A DNA stretch of 64,000 nt from Dehalococcoidia bacterium (GTDB lineage: Bacteria > Chloroflexota > Dehalococcoidia > Lucifugimonadales > UBA3495). The notes beneath the pieces are model-generated. The model saw nothing but the letters and a program-made list of their open reading frames with translations, did no database searches and was not told where the DNA came from. Location of the stretch: positions 274,213 through 338,212 of the forward strand of contig CBDEFY010000004.1 of assembly GCA_965237595.1 (NCBI GenBank), in the 5' to 3' direction. This document shows positions 21,152-32,508 of the stretch, one piece after another. Each line of letters starts with the position of its first letter. Within the stretch, counting starts at the first letter, position 1. Position numbers and translations under genes: made by a program.

Positions 21152-21403
21152 ATGACCGTTCACGAAGCTGTCCGGATGTTGCGTGGAATGTACGATGTCG
21201 ACCCATTGGGAGACAAGACGGTAACGATTCACCTGTTCGCAATTAAGTACTGACAAGATATAAGGGCGAGCAGGTTGAGGCCGTCAGAGATTGTGGAGCG
21301 GGCTGGTATAGGGAAGTGGGAGGCGCAAATTAACGACGGGATTAAGCTGGCACAGTACGTGGTGCTGAAGGACGAGGAGAATGACCCCTCAGATTCGATT
21401 TAG
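21152..21403 (+). pseudogene. Small HTH-like protein, in-frame TGA
   Basis: MTVHEAVRMLRGMYD...TIHLFAIKY*QDI...EIVERAGI...INDGIKLAQYV. Confidence 0.55.
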
Positions 21404-22295
21404 CTGGAATACGAAGAATTCCGTGAACGCTAGGTGTGTCAGTTTTATTCTAGTGATTCTGCTGCTGGTAGTCGGGTGCCAAGGCTCGCCAGGAGAACCT
21501 GGTGAGCGTGGAGAGAGAGGTGAGCAAGGAATACAAGGTGAACGCGGCCCACGGGGATTGCAAGGCGCACAAGGTCCAAGAGGGGATACCGGGGCCAGAG
21601 GATCTACCGGATCCATCGGACCACGAGGCCCTACTGGCCTGACAGGTGATCAAGGTCCCACTGGACCAACGGGTCCGAGACGTGGTCCAGACTATGCTTT
21701 CGAGGATTTCATCGCGACCAAAAGGAACGCGGTAGTCGCGATCTTCGAGGGAAACCAGTTTGTTGGTTCCGGTGTACGCATCTCTGACACGGAAGTCCTC
21801 ACAGCCGCGCACGTTGTTACCAACCAATCGTCCGTCAATCTGTCCGTAAAAGGCGAGGGTTTAGTTTTCGGTCAGGTTCGTGGGTACGACAGCGATAGAG
21901 ATGTTGCGCTAATCACCTTCACCGGTACGGGCGGTGGGGAAACGCTAGCCTTCGACGGGTTTTTTCTTGGTACAGGGAGTGACGGTGAACTTTACAACAA
22001 ATGGGAGATTGGGAGTGAGATAGCGATTGTTGGCTACATTTCTAGCATATCGACTACTACCCCGATCATCTGCTACGGGCGGATAAGCGTGATATGGACC
22101 ATCGTCCCAGGTGACTATGTCGAAATACAAACTGATGCTTGCTCCGATTCAGGGATGAGCGGTTCTCCCGTGCTCAATCGCCACGGAGACTTGATTGGCA
22201 TCCACGTAAGCCGGAGCCAACCATTGAGTAGATTCCTGTCCGTTGGCGAGATAGAAGAGGTGTTGACGGATCTGAGAGCGGGAATTAAGCAATAA
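21381..22295 (+). CDS. Lipoprotein with collagen-like stalk and trypsin-like (S1) serine protease domain
   Basis: Lipobox LVVGC (likely start GTG 21423); 22 consecutive Gly-X-Y triplets; VLTAAHV, DVALI, GMSGSP catalytic motifs. Confidence 0.88.
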   Translation: MTPQIRFSWNTKNSVNARCVSFILVILLLVVGCQGSPGEPGERGERGEQGIQGERGPRGLQGAQGPRGDTGARGSTGSIGPRGPTGLTGDQGPTGPTGPRRGPDYAFEDFIATKRNAVVAIFEGNQFVGSGVRISDTEVLTAAHVVTNQSSVNLSVKGEGLVFGQVRGYDSDRDVALITFTGTGGGETLAFDGFFLGTGSDGELYNKWEIGSEIAIVGYISSISTTTPIICYGRISVIWTIVPGDYVEIQTDACSDSGMSGSPVLNRHGDLIGIHVSRSQPLSRFLSVGEIEEVLTDLRAGIKQ

Positions 22296-22464
22296 AGAGG
22301 TGGGGCGGAGATGAGAGGAGAATAGGGGACCTTCGTCGTGAGATCGAATCAGGCAGCAGTAGATGGACTGGTCCTTTGGAAGGGTCGGCTCCCGCATCTA
22401 CTCTGGCCTATTTCGAGGGGAAAACATGTCCAGGCTCTCCTATTCGAGTTGGAGAACTCTTTGG

Positions 22465-24300
22465 CCCATATTTCCCAGTTAGGATAACAGTGTGATGCGG
22501 TATATAGGCAACGTTCTTGCTTTTGTAGTCGTCTCATGAACTTTTCACCAACATCTCGGCTATAATACATTCATTAGAATAGTAAGATTCTTCAGATAGC
22601 GTAACAACCCCGGAGGCACCTGATGGGTGACGGCGACAAAACCCCTCTCCGGCTCCAGTTCAACCCCAAAGTCCGTCTGGAGTTTCACGGTGCCACCATC
22701 ACTTCCGATGCCGGACTCTTGCCCATTCGAGAGCTGGATGATGCCCTGGGCCTTACCCATATTGCTGCCGACTATCTCCAGGAAAGCCGCTCCGGTCGCA
22801 ACATCCGACACCACCTCGTCCCGCTGCTCAGACAGTCCATCTACAGCCGCTTGGCCGGCTACGATGACACCAATGATGCCGAACGCCTTTCCCAAGACCC
22901 AGCCATGAGAGTCGTCGTGGGCTGGCAAGGATCAGACCGGAACGCCGCCAGCACCAACACCGTGAGCCGCTTTGAAACTGAAACTCTGACCCAACAGGAC
23001 AACCTGCAGGGGCTGGCACGAATGAATCCCCAATGGGTGGAAGATGCTATGGCCCATACTCCACACCAGCGAGTGATTCTGGACATGGACAGCTCGGAGA
23101 GTCCAGTGCATGGCCATCAGGAGGGTGCCGCCTACAATGGGCACTTCGAGTGTGTCTGCTATCATCCCCTCTTTCTATTCAACCAGGTCGGCGATTGTGA
23201 AGGAGCGACGCTACGCCCCGGCAACGTCCATAGCGCCGAGGGCTGGCCCACGGGAACTCCTTGAGCCGGTGGTGAAAAGATACCAGAGGAAGGGACGGCG
23301 GCCTGTTGTTCCGGGGTGATCGGACCCGAGGCCTTTGGCAAGCCAGAGGTGTCACGAGTACTTGGACCAAGAGATGATTGGGTACGCCATCCGGCTTTCA
23401 GCTAACGCGGTACTTCAGAGAGAAATCGCGCACCTGCTGGTACGACCTGCCGACTGATCTTCCAGGGAGGCCGATCGTTCTCCGGTACTACGACTTCACT
23501 TACCAGGCCCAGAGCTGGCAGTATTTCCCGGCGAGTAGTCCGCCAAGGTGGAGTGGTATCAGGGGGAGTTATTTCCCAGGGTAGGCTTCATCGTGACCAA
23601 CCTGAGCTATCCACCCAAAGGCATAGTTGCGCTTTTACAATGGCCGTGGCACAGCGGTAGCAGTGGATCAAGGAGGGAAAGCTACGCCCTGAACTGGACC
23701 AGACTGTCCTGTCACAAGTTCGTGGCCAACCAGGCGAGGCTATGGCTGTTCGTTCTGGCGTACAATCTGGGAAACTTCATGAGAAGGATTGGCTTTGCCG
23801 GAGGATATGAAGCATTGGACTCTGACCAGTCTTCAGACTAGGCTGATCAAGACGGGTGGGCGACTGGTACGCCATGCCAGGAGGATGGTGTTTCATGCTT
23901 GCCGAGGTTCTGGTGACCAGCGGAAATGCTCACCGGGATACTAGAACGGATCAGCCGGCTTCGGCTGGCACCTGGCTAGCTTGCTTTGAGAGCACCGGTA
24001 TTTAGGACAGTTGATGGGGTCATCCAGAGTAAGCCGGAGCCAACCATTGAGGTAGATTCCTGTCCGTTGGCGAGGATAGAAGATTTGGAATGTTCTACGG
24101 ATCGTGAGAGACGATGGAATTAAGCAATAAAGAGGTGGGGCGGAGATGAGAGGAGAATAGGGGACCTTCGTCGTGAGATCGAATCAGCGCAGCAGTAGAT
24201 GGACTGGTCCTTTGGAAGGGTCGGCTCGCCGCATCTACTCTGGCACTATTTCGAGGGGAAAACATGTCCAGGCTCTCCTATTCGAGTTGGAGAACTCAGG
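22465..24300 (+). mobile_element. IS1380 copy A, no cargo; 3' half garbled (probable consensus artefact)
   Basis: IRL CCCATATTTCCCAG; TSD TTTGG (22460-22464, 24301-24305); many indels after ~23200. Confidence 0.85.
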
Positions 24301-24601
24301 TTTGGATGTATCTGGAACAAGAGAGACCACCGCAAGGGTTAAGTTGCATGGATCCACTACCACAGCAATTCAACGGAGGAAACGAGAGTCAGTCCGCCCT
24401 CAGGTTGGACGACGGCACCGGACTGCGCGTGGTGAACGCCCGGTTCGTGGGAGAGCGGCAGTTTGACTGGGACCTGTTTACCGGCTGCGGGTGCTCACCT
24501 ACTCCGCCAGCGTCAAGGCTATCGTCAGAATGCTGGACCAATACTCCTTCTGTAATTTTGAGTGTGTGTTCGGGTACGAAGGCACACTGAGGGACATCAA
24601 G

Positions 24602-24806
24602 TGTAGACCGTCAGCGAAAATGGGACAGATCTGGGGGTAAGAAAACCCGAGAGAAGGAAAGTGGCGTGAGCTCCTGTGAAGGTAAGGTACTCACAGAAAG
24701 GAGCAGATGTGTCCCAACCAGATACAGACAAAGCGCTGGCCGCTGAGGAGCGTACGGAGGAAGCCAGATCCTTCGTTCGAACAGTCAGAACGGCCACCAG
24801 GCGTAA
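24602..24806 (+). mobile_element. IS3-like left-end remnant with start of orfA
   Basis: TGTAGACCGTC...GGGACA end; ...SFVRTVRTATRRK. Confidence 0.55.
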
Positions 24807-25264
24807 GTGCAGGGCGCATTGCCCCACTATCGGCAACGAGGGATGCTCCCGGTCCACCATCTCCCGCCGCCGGGCCGGGTTCATGGACCGGACCTCTCGG
24901 CCAAGAAATCCCGCTCCACCTTCAACTAGCCGATCTCCTGGTACAACCGGGCGACCAGGGCGGCGTCGCTCTTGGCCTTCTGATCCTGACCGTTGCCGAA
25001 CACACCGGCGGCTCCCTCGGTCAGGACCTTCTTCCAGGCTTGAATCTGGCTCGGGTGGACCTCGTACTGGACGGCCAGTTGGGCCACCGTCTCCTCCCCC
25101 TTCACCACATCCAGGGCCACCCTCGCCTTGAAGGCCGGGCTGTGTTTCCTTCTTCCTTGCGCCATGTCCTTCTCCTTCCAGACAGCAACAGCTGCCCTTA
25201 GTTTAGGAGCAGGGCTCTCACTTAACTCCACCCCAATTCTGTCCAGTTTCCTGGGTCCACCTCA
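24807..25264 (-). mobile_element. IS3-family left part (orfA with premature TAG, start of orfB)
   Basis: IR TGAGGTGGACCCAGG; RRKHSPAFKARVAL...LYQEIG*LKVERDFL. Confidence 0.85.
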
Positions 25265-25566
25265 CCTACCCTGCGTTAGGGCTGGGTCAGCATCGAGTTA
25301 GCTGGTATTCTCTCCAGAGCCACTAGATGTAGTCACAGTGCGAATGCACTCTAGAAGATACGCAGTGCTGTCGGCCTTGGATGGACACGAAGGCTTGGCG
25401 CCCCGATAACCCGGTAGGGTCCTATAGGGGCGCTCATGAGTGAGCATCCCCATAAGACCACCCGAAGAGGCTCGAACTCCCCGTGAGGGTGGCGATCCCG
25501 GGGATCACAGGCCGCCTAACCACATCTCGAAGACGGTTCTGTCTATCGTGCACGTTGGTCCCGCCC

Positions 25567-25644
25567 CCTACCTACATTTTCACCGAGTCCCGCGTCGGCT
25601 ATCGGATGCCGAAGGGGGAGACGCGGGAGCCGGAGGACTCGTAG
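25567..25644 (+). pseudogene. C-terminal tail of OmpR/KdpE-type response regulator
   Basis: PTYIFTESRVGYRMPKGE. Confidence 0.6.
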
Positions 25645-25918
25645 ACCGGGGCGCTCCCACTCTTAGGTCCGGGCATCGCACTGCTGCCGTATGACTTGGC
25701 GAAGCGGCTGGTCGTAATGAGGGAGATCACCGACCTCCTTTGAGGGGATGGCTGTCTGCGCGGGCTTGGCCTCGGCAGTTGAAGCAACGGCGGGATGGCG
25801 GAACGGCCAGTGGCGGGCCATACGTCGCTGGTAGAATTGGCCATGCAAGTGCCGGGGACCCTGGGGACATTGCTGAACGTGGACCCCATAGCGGTTTACA
25901 GAGGGAGGAGGTAGGACT

Positions 25919-26200
25919 TTGGACGCAGGTAAGCGGATAGAGGACTCTCACCCGGAGCTCTTCCCGACAGATTTCGGGGAGCGGCTGGAGCGGCTCAGGG
26001 AGCTCGTCGGATTATCGTGGGAGCAATTCGCCGAGCGACTCGGCGTCGATGATGGCCGTGTGACGGAGTGGCGCAAGGGCTCGATCCCCTCCGGCGGAGA
26101 GGTGTGGCACATCATGCATCTGGCATCGACGGTTCCCGGGGGGGGGGGGGTCGAGTTGATGCTTACTGAGGCGATCGAGCACGAGCGAACTGCGGAGTAG
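25919..26200 (+). CDS. XRE-family HTH regulator
   Basis: FGERLERLRELVGLSWEQFAERLGVDDGRVTEWRKG. Confidence 0.8.
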   Translation: MDAGKRIEDSHPELFPTDFGERLERLRELVGLSWEQFAERLGVDDGRVTEWRKGSIPSGGEVWHIMHLASTVPGGGGVELMLTEAIEHERTAE

Positions 26201-26272
26201 CCCGCCGCCAGTTCATCCTCGGCCCTTGGTTCTGCGACAGACTGTGAGTGATGACGGTGGAGAGTTCCCGCT

Positions 26273-26515
26273 ATGACCCGTGCCAGACAACGGCGAGGGG
26301 TACGCAAACGCCGAGAGGCTCATGAAGCCAGAGAGCGCAAAGCTAGGCGTGTATGGGCGGCCAGCCTGCCGCCTCCGCCCCTTGAATTGAGCGAAGGACC
26401 GGAGCCCTGCCGGCACACGTGGCAAGACCCCGCGACAGTCAGCCTCTCCAGCGGCAGCCGGGATGTGATAAGGGTCTGCGAGACGTGCCAGGGCTTTGTG
26501 CGAAGGTGTAAGTGA
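26273..26515 (+). CDS. Small basic hypothetical protein with CxH/CxxC
   Basis: 80-aa ORF with RBS; PCRHTW...VCETC. Confidence 0.5.
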   Translation: MTRARQRRGVRKRREAHEARERKARRVWAASLPPPPLELSEGPEPCRHTWQDPATVSLSSGSRDVIRVCETCQGFVRRCK

Positions 26516-26539
26516 TGCCGTCGGTTCCATCTGGTCTAC

Positions 26540-26746
26540 GTGGGACAGGGCGGCCAATACGTGATGCCGTCGTGGGTTTCTGAGTCGTGGCTCAAGGAGC
26601 ACGGGTGCGCTCGCAGGGATTTCGGAGACGTGCCCTTACCGTTCGTGTGGATGCCTGATGCCAATGAACTCCCAATGTTTGACCTTGCCACCTACGGGGA
26701 GATCGACGGGGAGCCCGGGCGCTACGAGCTGGAGTGGTTCAGTTGA
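26540..26746 (+). CDS. Hypothetical protein (start uncertain)
   Basis: ORF continuing the putative operon; protein-like composition. Confidence 0.35.
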   Translation: MGQGGQYVMPSWVSESWLKEHGCARRDFGDVPLPFVWMPDANELPMFDLATYGEIDGEPGRYELEWFS

Positions 26747-26898
26747 CGGGGACGGCTGCCGGGGGACATTGCGATCCACCCGGCCGGGGCGGTTCGGCTC
26801 AGCCCCTTGGAGGACGAAGCCGGAATTTCGATCCGTCCGTCGCGTACCATACGCGTCCCCGCGGCGACCCTCCTCCGCCGGTCCCTGTGGGGCGCACG

Positions 26899-28572
26899 CT
26901 ATTGTCTAAAAATCCTACCCGGCTTGAATGGACCCAAACCGACCGCCCATGAGTATCTGAGTTTTCCGTGTTTATTGATTCCAAAGAATGAAGGTTCTTG
27001 AGTTTGTACAGATTCTAAAGTTTGTACGGAAACGGAATCGTCCGTAGTGGGCTTACTGTCAACGGGTATAGCCAAGGTGATGTCCACGTTGTCATTCCTG
27101 TCGATGATGACCTCTTCCACGAACATCTGCAGAAACTCCTTTCGCTGCTCGGGGGTCGACTCGTCCAGGCCCTGGCTCACCTTCCTCGCCCATGCAAAGA
27201 CAGCCTCTGTCAGCCGTATTTTCTCAGCGTCGCTCGCCGCCCAGGCACGGTAATCGTCAAGCTTCGCCCGGACGTTCTCAAGTCGCTCGGTGATGAACTT
27301 GCGCTGATTGTCGAGTTGGGCCTCGGTGATCTTCCCAGACACGAACAGCGTGATGGCGCGTTCCTCTCTTGTTTGGGTGGTCCGCAGGTTTCGCTCAGCC
27401 AGGACGATCTGCTCCTCCAACCCGCCGGTCTCCTGAGAATCGAGGGGGATGATGCCGTCGACGATGAGGTTGGGGTTCTGGACTACCCGTTTCACCTCGC
27501 TCCATATCGGTTCCTCCAACTGCTCAGCCCGGATGTAGGGCCGCTCCCGGCAGGGTAGCCGGAGACTCTGCATCCCGTTGCATATGTAGTAGCGGCGAGG
27601 AGTGGGCAGGTCGTAGCGGTACTTCTTGCCGTTGCGAACGCTGGTGGTTTTCCACGTGGACCTTGCATGGAAGTTGCGTCCGCACTCGCCGCATCTCAGA
27701 AGGTGCTGCAACAGGTAGACCACCTTCGTATTCCTCTTGGCCCTGCTGCTCCGCTGCTTCTTCACCTTCTGCACCCGTTCCCAGGTCTCATCGTCGATTA
27801 GCTGCGGGAGCGGGATCTCAATCCAGGTGTCCCTCGGCTGGTCGTAGACCTTCATGCCGTCCTCAGTGGAGATGTGGCGGGACTTTCCGTAGACCCAGGT
27901 GCCCGTGTAGGTGGCATTCCCCAGAACGTGATGTACGTAGGACTGACGCCACATCGGCTTGCCGGTCTGGGTGGGGATTCCCTCGTCGGTCAGCCGCACG
28001 GCAATGGAGCGGGACCCCATGCCCTCATGAACGTACATGTGGAAGATGCGGCGCACAACTTCGGTCTGCCCTTCCACGACCTGGGGACTGCCGTCGTCTC
28101 CGATGCGGTACCCATAGGGGAGGCCGCCCGTAGGCGCCCGCCCCTGCTTGGCCGTCCCACGCTTGCCCATGGTGGACCGCTCCCGGAAGTTGTCCAGCTC
28201 GATCTTGCCGATGGCCGCCATCAGGCCGAAGGTCTTCATGTCGACAGCGTCCAACACGGCTTCAAGGCGAATCTGGTGGGCCTCGACGACCTCCATCAGG
28301 GCGGCGGCGGGGTATATGCCCCTGCTGAGGCGGTCGGACTTCCAGCACACGATGGTGTCGAAGCGTCCCTTCTTGGCGTCGGCCAGCATCCTTTGGAACT
28401 CAGGGCGCTTCTTGGACCAGCCTCTGCCCACCTCCTGGTAGCGGGCGATGATGGTCAGCCCCTTGCTCTCGCAGTAGGCTTCCATGTCGCCTATCTGCTC
28501 GGCGATGGAGGTCTTATCCTCCCCGTCCTGGCTCTTGTCCGAGACGCGGGCGTAGATGGCTGCCCGATTCAC
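26899..28572 (-). CDS. Large serine recombinase (resolvase + recombinase + zinc ribbon)
   Basis: AAIYARVS, DRLSR, PYGY, LLRCGECG...YYIC; likely start GTG 28572. Confidence 0.95.
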   Translation of the reverse strand: MNRAAIYARVSDKSQDGEDKTSIAEQIGDMEAYCESKGLTIIARYQEVGRGWSKKRPEFQRMLADAKKGRFDTIVCWKSDRLSRGIYPAAALMEVVEAHQIRLEAVLDAVDMKTFGLMAAIGKIELDNFRERSTMGKRGTAKQGRAPTGGLPYGYRIGDDGSPQVVEGQTEVVRRIFHMYVHEGMGSRSIAVRLTDEGIPTQTGKPMWRQSYVHHVLGNATYTGTWVYGKSRHISTEDGMKVYDQPRDTWIEIPLPQLIDDETWERVQKVKKQRSSRAKRNTKVVYLLQHLLRCGECGRNFHARSTWKTTSVRNGKKYRYDLPTPRRYYICNGMQSLRLPCRERPYIRAEQLEEPIWSEVKRVVQNPNLIVDGIIPLDSQETGGLEEQIVLAERNLRTTQTREERAITLFVSGKITEAQLDNQRKFITERLENVRAKLDDYRAWAASDAEKIRLTEAVFAWARKVSQGLDESTPEQRKEFLQMFVEEVIIDRNDNVDITLAIPVDSKPTTDDSVSVQTLESVQTQEPSFFGINKHGKLRYSWAVGLGPFKPGRIFRQ

Positions 28573-28810
28573 CTCTGCCTTCCCTTTGGTGACTCTTCCA
28601 GGCACTACTGCCTCCACCGTTGGCAGGCCCGGAGCCGGAGAAGTCGTCGTTTTCCTGGGCGAAAGTTCATGAAGGGCTAGTGAGGCCCACCTTCTGCGGG
28701 TACCTCTCGGTACCCGGTGGTCCCGTCATCGAAATAGCCTCTCCTTCTCAGTGATCCGCTGCGCCTACAGTAGCCTGTACGTCTCGACAAGTCTGTTCAC
28801 AGGGCTTTTT

Positions 28811-28840
28811 TTGACACTCCAAAGCTGGCATGTGCATACT
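28811..28840 (+). promoter_or_regulatory. Sigma70 promoter of the XRE-membrane gene (near leaderless)
   Basis: TTGACA-18 nt-CATACT, ATG 5 nt downstream. Confidence 0.6.
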
Positions 28841-28870
28841 GATTTATGGGAGACCGTGATGTGCAGCGGG

Positions 28871-30223
28871 GGTCACGTCCCGTCAAGTGGTGTAAGAGTG
28901 CGGCATCCTGTTGATGTAGTTTAGGTGGGTGTCGCCTCCGCGAGATCGGCCTCTGGAAGAGCTTCGTTGAAGGTCAGCACGACAGGTGTGATGTATCGAC
29001 GGCCGACGGCCCATTCGTCGTGCTGCTCAGCCAGGACGGCGCCAACGAGGCGGCGCACGGCCGGCCGGTTAGGGAAGATGCCCACCACATCGGTGCGTCG
29101 CCGGATCTCCTTGTTGAGACGCTCCTGTGGGTTGTTGGACCAGACCTTCTTCCAGTGGGCGAGTGGGAAGTTGGAGAAGGCCAGGAAGTCGGGTCCGGCC
29201 TCGTCCAGTAGAGAGGCGACCTGAGGGAACCGGTCCTGGAGTTGATCGGTCACCCTGTCGAGCTGGGCGTGTACCTCATCGGGGGAGGGTTGCTGGTAGA
29301 TGGTGCGCACCATGGTGACTACCCATGGCTGGGCGCGCCTGGGGACCCGAGTGAGCAGGTTGGTCATGAAGTGGGTGCGGCACCGTTGCCAGCTGGCTCC
29401 GCCGAAGACTGCGGCGATGGCGCCTCGGAGTCCTTGATGAGCGTCCGATACCACCAGCTCCACCCCGCCGAGGCCCCTGGCGGACAGCGAGCGTAGGAAG
29501 GCCAGCCAGAAGGCGCCGTCTTCACTCGTACCCACGTCCATCCCGATGATCTCCCGCTTGCCCTCGCCATTGACCGCCGTTGCCACCACCACGCTGACGT
29601 TGACGATCCTGCCGGCCTCCCTGACCTTCTGGGTCAGTGCGTCCAGCCACAGGTAGGGGTAGGGTCCACCGCCCAGCGGACGGCCCATGAAGCTATCCAC
29701 CACCACGTCCAGTTCCTGACAGATGCGCGACACCTGGCTCTTGGAGATACCCTCACACCCCAGGGCCTTGACCAGATCGTCCACCCGCCTTGTGGATACC
29801 CCTTCCACGTAGGCCTGCTGGATCACAGCCAGCAGAGCTCGCTCGCTGCGACGCCGTGGCTCCAGCAGGCTCGGGAAGTAGCTCCCTTCTCTGAGCTTCG
29901 GGATGTGCAGATCCATCGTCCCTACACGGGTATCCCACGCCCGGGACCGATACCCGTTGTGCTGGGTCACCCGCTCAGGGCTGCGTTCTCCATACTCAGC
30001 ACCGATCCTCGATGACACCTCCGCATCCATGATCCCCTCTACCAGCACTCTCAGTGCCTCCCGTAGGAAGTCCACGTCGCGCAATAGCTCCAGCAGGTCC
30101 ATCCTTTCCTTGACCACTGTTGTCCTCCTTTCTCGAGCTTTCTTCTTTGCCCGCTAAGGATGACGCGGTGGTCTCTCTTTCTCCAGACCCTCTCCCTCTT
30201 ACACCACTTCCTGGGACTCTACT
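28871..30223 (-). mobile_element. IS256-family element
   Basis: IR core GTCCC..AAGTGGTGTAAGAG at both ends; TSD GCAGCGGG (28863-28870, 30224-30231). Confidence 0.92.
28921..30117 (-). CDS. IS256 (Mutator) transposase
   Basis: YLWLDA, VVSDAH, WQRCRTHF, SNNPQERLNKEIRRR. Confidence 0.95.
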   Translation of the reverse strand: MVKERMDLLELLRDVDFLREALRVLVEGIMDAEVSSRIGAEYGERSPERVTQHNGYRSRAWDTRVGTMDLHIPKLREGSYFPSLLEPRRRSERALLAVIQQAYVEGVSTRRVDDLVKALGCEGISKSQVSRICQELDVVVDSFMGRPLGGGPYPYLWLDALTQKVREAGRIVNVSVVVATAVNGEGKREIIGMDVGTSEDGAFWLAFLRSLSARGLGGVELVVSDAHQGLRGAIAAVFGGASWQRCRTHFMTNLLTRVPRRAQPWVVTMVRTIYQQPSPDEVHAQLDRVTDQLQDRFPQVASLLDEAGPDFLAFSNFPLAHWKKVWSNNPQERLNKEIRRRTDVVGIFPNRPAVRRLVGAVLAEQHDEWAVGRRYITPVVLTFNEALPEADLAEATPT

Positions 30224-30463
30224 GCAGCGGGCCAGAGCGGCCCAGGTGGGCCTATTGATGAGGTCCTACCGCGAGTCCTTTTCCCCGGGAGGCGGTCGGC
30301 GGAGGCTGACGCAGGAAGCCCTGTTGGAGCGGATGGGGTCGGTGGACAGTGACTACGCGGAGCGGTACAGCCACGCGACCGTCTCGCGATGGGAATCCGG
30401 CGGCACCCGCCCCACTCTCCAGCGGCTCAAGGTATTTGGCAGAGCCCTCGACCTGTCGCGGAC

Positions 30464-31796
30464 TGAGGTGGACCCAATCAGTTGGACAGGTTTGGTGCAA
30501 AACTAAGTGAGAGTTCCGCCGTCTTTCCAAGGTCTGAGAACGCTCCGTTCGGTGCCCGTTTCCCATTGATTGACCGTTCATCTGATGGCGCCAAGTCTCC
30601 TTTGAACACCTCAGCCGGTGTCCGGTAGCCCAAGGCCTGGTGGGGTCTTTGGTTGTTGTAGAAGCTGAAGTATGCGTCAAGCCCGGCCTTGGCTTCTCGC
30701 CCGTTGGAGTAGGCTTTCAGGTAGACCTCCTCGTACTTAACCGTGCGCCACAGCCGCTCCAACAAGATGTTGTCGGTGTAGCGTCCCTTCCCGTCCATGC
30801 TGATTCTCACTCCGTGCTGCTCTAGGAGACCGGTAAAGGCTTCGCCGGTGAACTGGCTGCCCTGGTCGGTGTTGAAGACCTCTGGCTTCCCCTTGCCAAG
30901 CGCTTCCTCCAATGTCTCGACACAGAAATCAGCATCCAAGGTGTTGGAAAGACGCCAGGCCACCACGTACCGCGTGTACCAATCCATGATGGCCACCAGG
31001 TATAAGAAACCCTTGGCCATGGGGATGTAGGTGATGTCGGCGGCCCACACCTGATTTGGTCTGGTGATCTCCATGCCGCTCAGGAGGTAGGGATACACCT
31101 TGTGCCCTGGCCCCGGCTTGCTGGTCCGGGGCCACCGGTAGATGGCACGTAGTCCCATGGTCCGCATCAGACGCTGGACCCGCTTCCGGTTCACCCTGTG
31201 GACCTTGAGTGCCCAGCCAGACCCTCATGCGCCGCGACCCGTAGAAGGGGGTACTTAGGTACTGGTGGTCCATCGCCTTCATCACGGTCAGGTTCTCCAA
31301 GCAAGTCCCCTTGCGCCGGTAGTTTAGGCTGGACCTGCTGATGCTCAGTAAGGCGCACTGTCTCACTGTGGACAAGGCTGGGTGCCGCCGGTCCACCATC
31401 GTCCCGCCGCCGCTCCCGGCTCATGGACCGAGCCTCTCCGCCAAGAAATCCCGCTCAACCTTCAGTTGGCCGATCTGCTGATAGAGCCGGGCAACAAGGA
31501 CCGCATCGCTCTTCTGGCGTTTGTCTTGGTTCCCACCAAAGACGCCGACCGCTCCTTCCAACAAGGACTTCTTCCAGGCCTGGATCTGCCCGGGATGGAC
31601 CTCGTAGGGGGCGGCCAGTTGGGCCACCGTCCTCTTCACCCTTCACCGCTTCCAGGGCCACCTTGGCCTTGAATGTTGGGCTGTGCTTCCTCCGCTCTTT
31701 TGACATGTCCCACTCCTCCCTCACAGCAACAGCTGTGGCTATTTTAGGAGCAGAACTCTCACTTAACCACCCGTCCGAATTTCCGGGTCCACCTCA
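30464..31796 (-). mobile_element. IS3-family element (orfA ~31421-31706, orfB ~30478-31424, frameshifted)
   Basis: IRs TGAGGTGGACCC at both ends; WAADITY, FNTDQGSQF, ERLWRTVKYE. Confidence 0.92.
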
Positions 31797-32329
31797 GCCA
31801 TCATGGATTGGTACACGCGGTACGTGGTGGCCTGGCGTCTTTCCAACACCTTGGATGCTGATTTCTGTGTCGAGACATTGGAGGAAGCGCTTGGCAAGGG
31901 GAAGCCAGAGGTCTTCAACACCGACCAGGGCAGCCAGTTCACCGGCGAAGCCTTTACCGGTCTCCTAGAGCAGCACGGAGTGAGAATCAGCATGGACGGG
32001 AAGGGACGCTACACCGACAACATCTTGTTGGAGCGGCTGTGGCGCACGGTTAAGTACGAGGAGGTCTACCTGAAAGCCTACTCCAACGGGCGAGAAGCCA
32101 AGGCCGGGCTTGACGCATACTTCAGCTTCTACAACAACCAAAGACCCCCACCAGGCCTTGGGCTACCGGACACCGGCTGAGGTGTTCAAAGGAGACTTGG
32201 CGCCATCAGATGAACGGTCAATCAATGGGAAAACGGGCACCGAACGGAGCGTTCTCAGACCTTGGAAAGACGGCGGAACTCCCACTTAGTTTTTGCACCA
32301 AACCTGTCCAACTGATTGGGTCCACCTCA
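31797..32329 (+). mobile_element. Inverted partial duplicate (3' half plus IRR) of the adjacent IS3
   Basis: Near-identical to reverse complement of 30464-30993; 3-bp TSD GAC flanks the composite 30464-32329. Confidence 0.85.
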
Positions 32330-32508
32330 GACAGAGGTAGCCGGTCTCATCCCATATTTCCCAGTTAGGATAACAGTGTGATGCGGTATATAGGCAACGT
32401 TCTTGCTTTTGTAGTCGTCTCATGAACTTTTCACCAACATCTCGGCTATAATACATTCATTAGAATAGTAAGATTCTTCAGATAGCGTAACAACCCCGGA
32501 GGCACCTG

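Noticed and set aside
22200-24297. ~260-bp direct repeat flanking IS1380 copy A as a long target duplication
   Set aside because: The second copy is interleaved with IS-end sequence and a normal 5-bp TSD exists; better explained as a consensus artefact.
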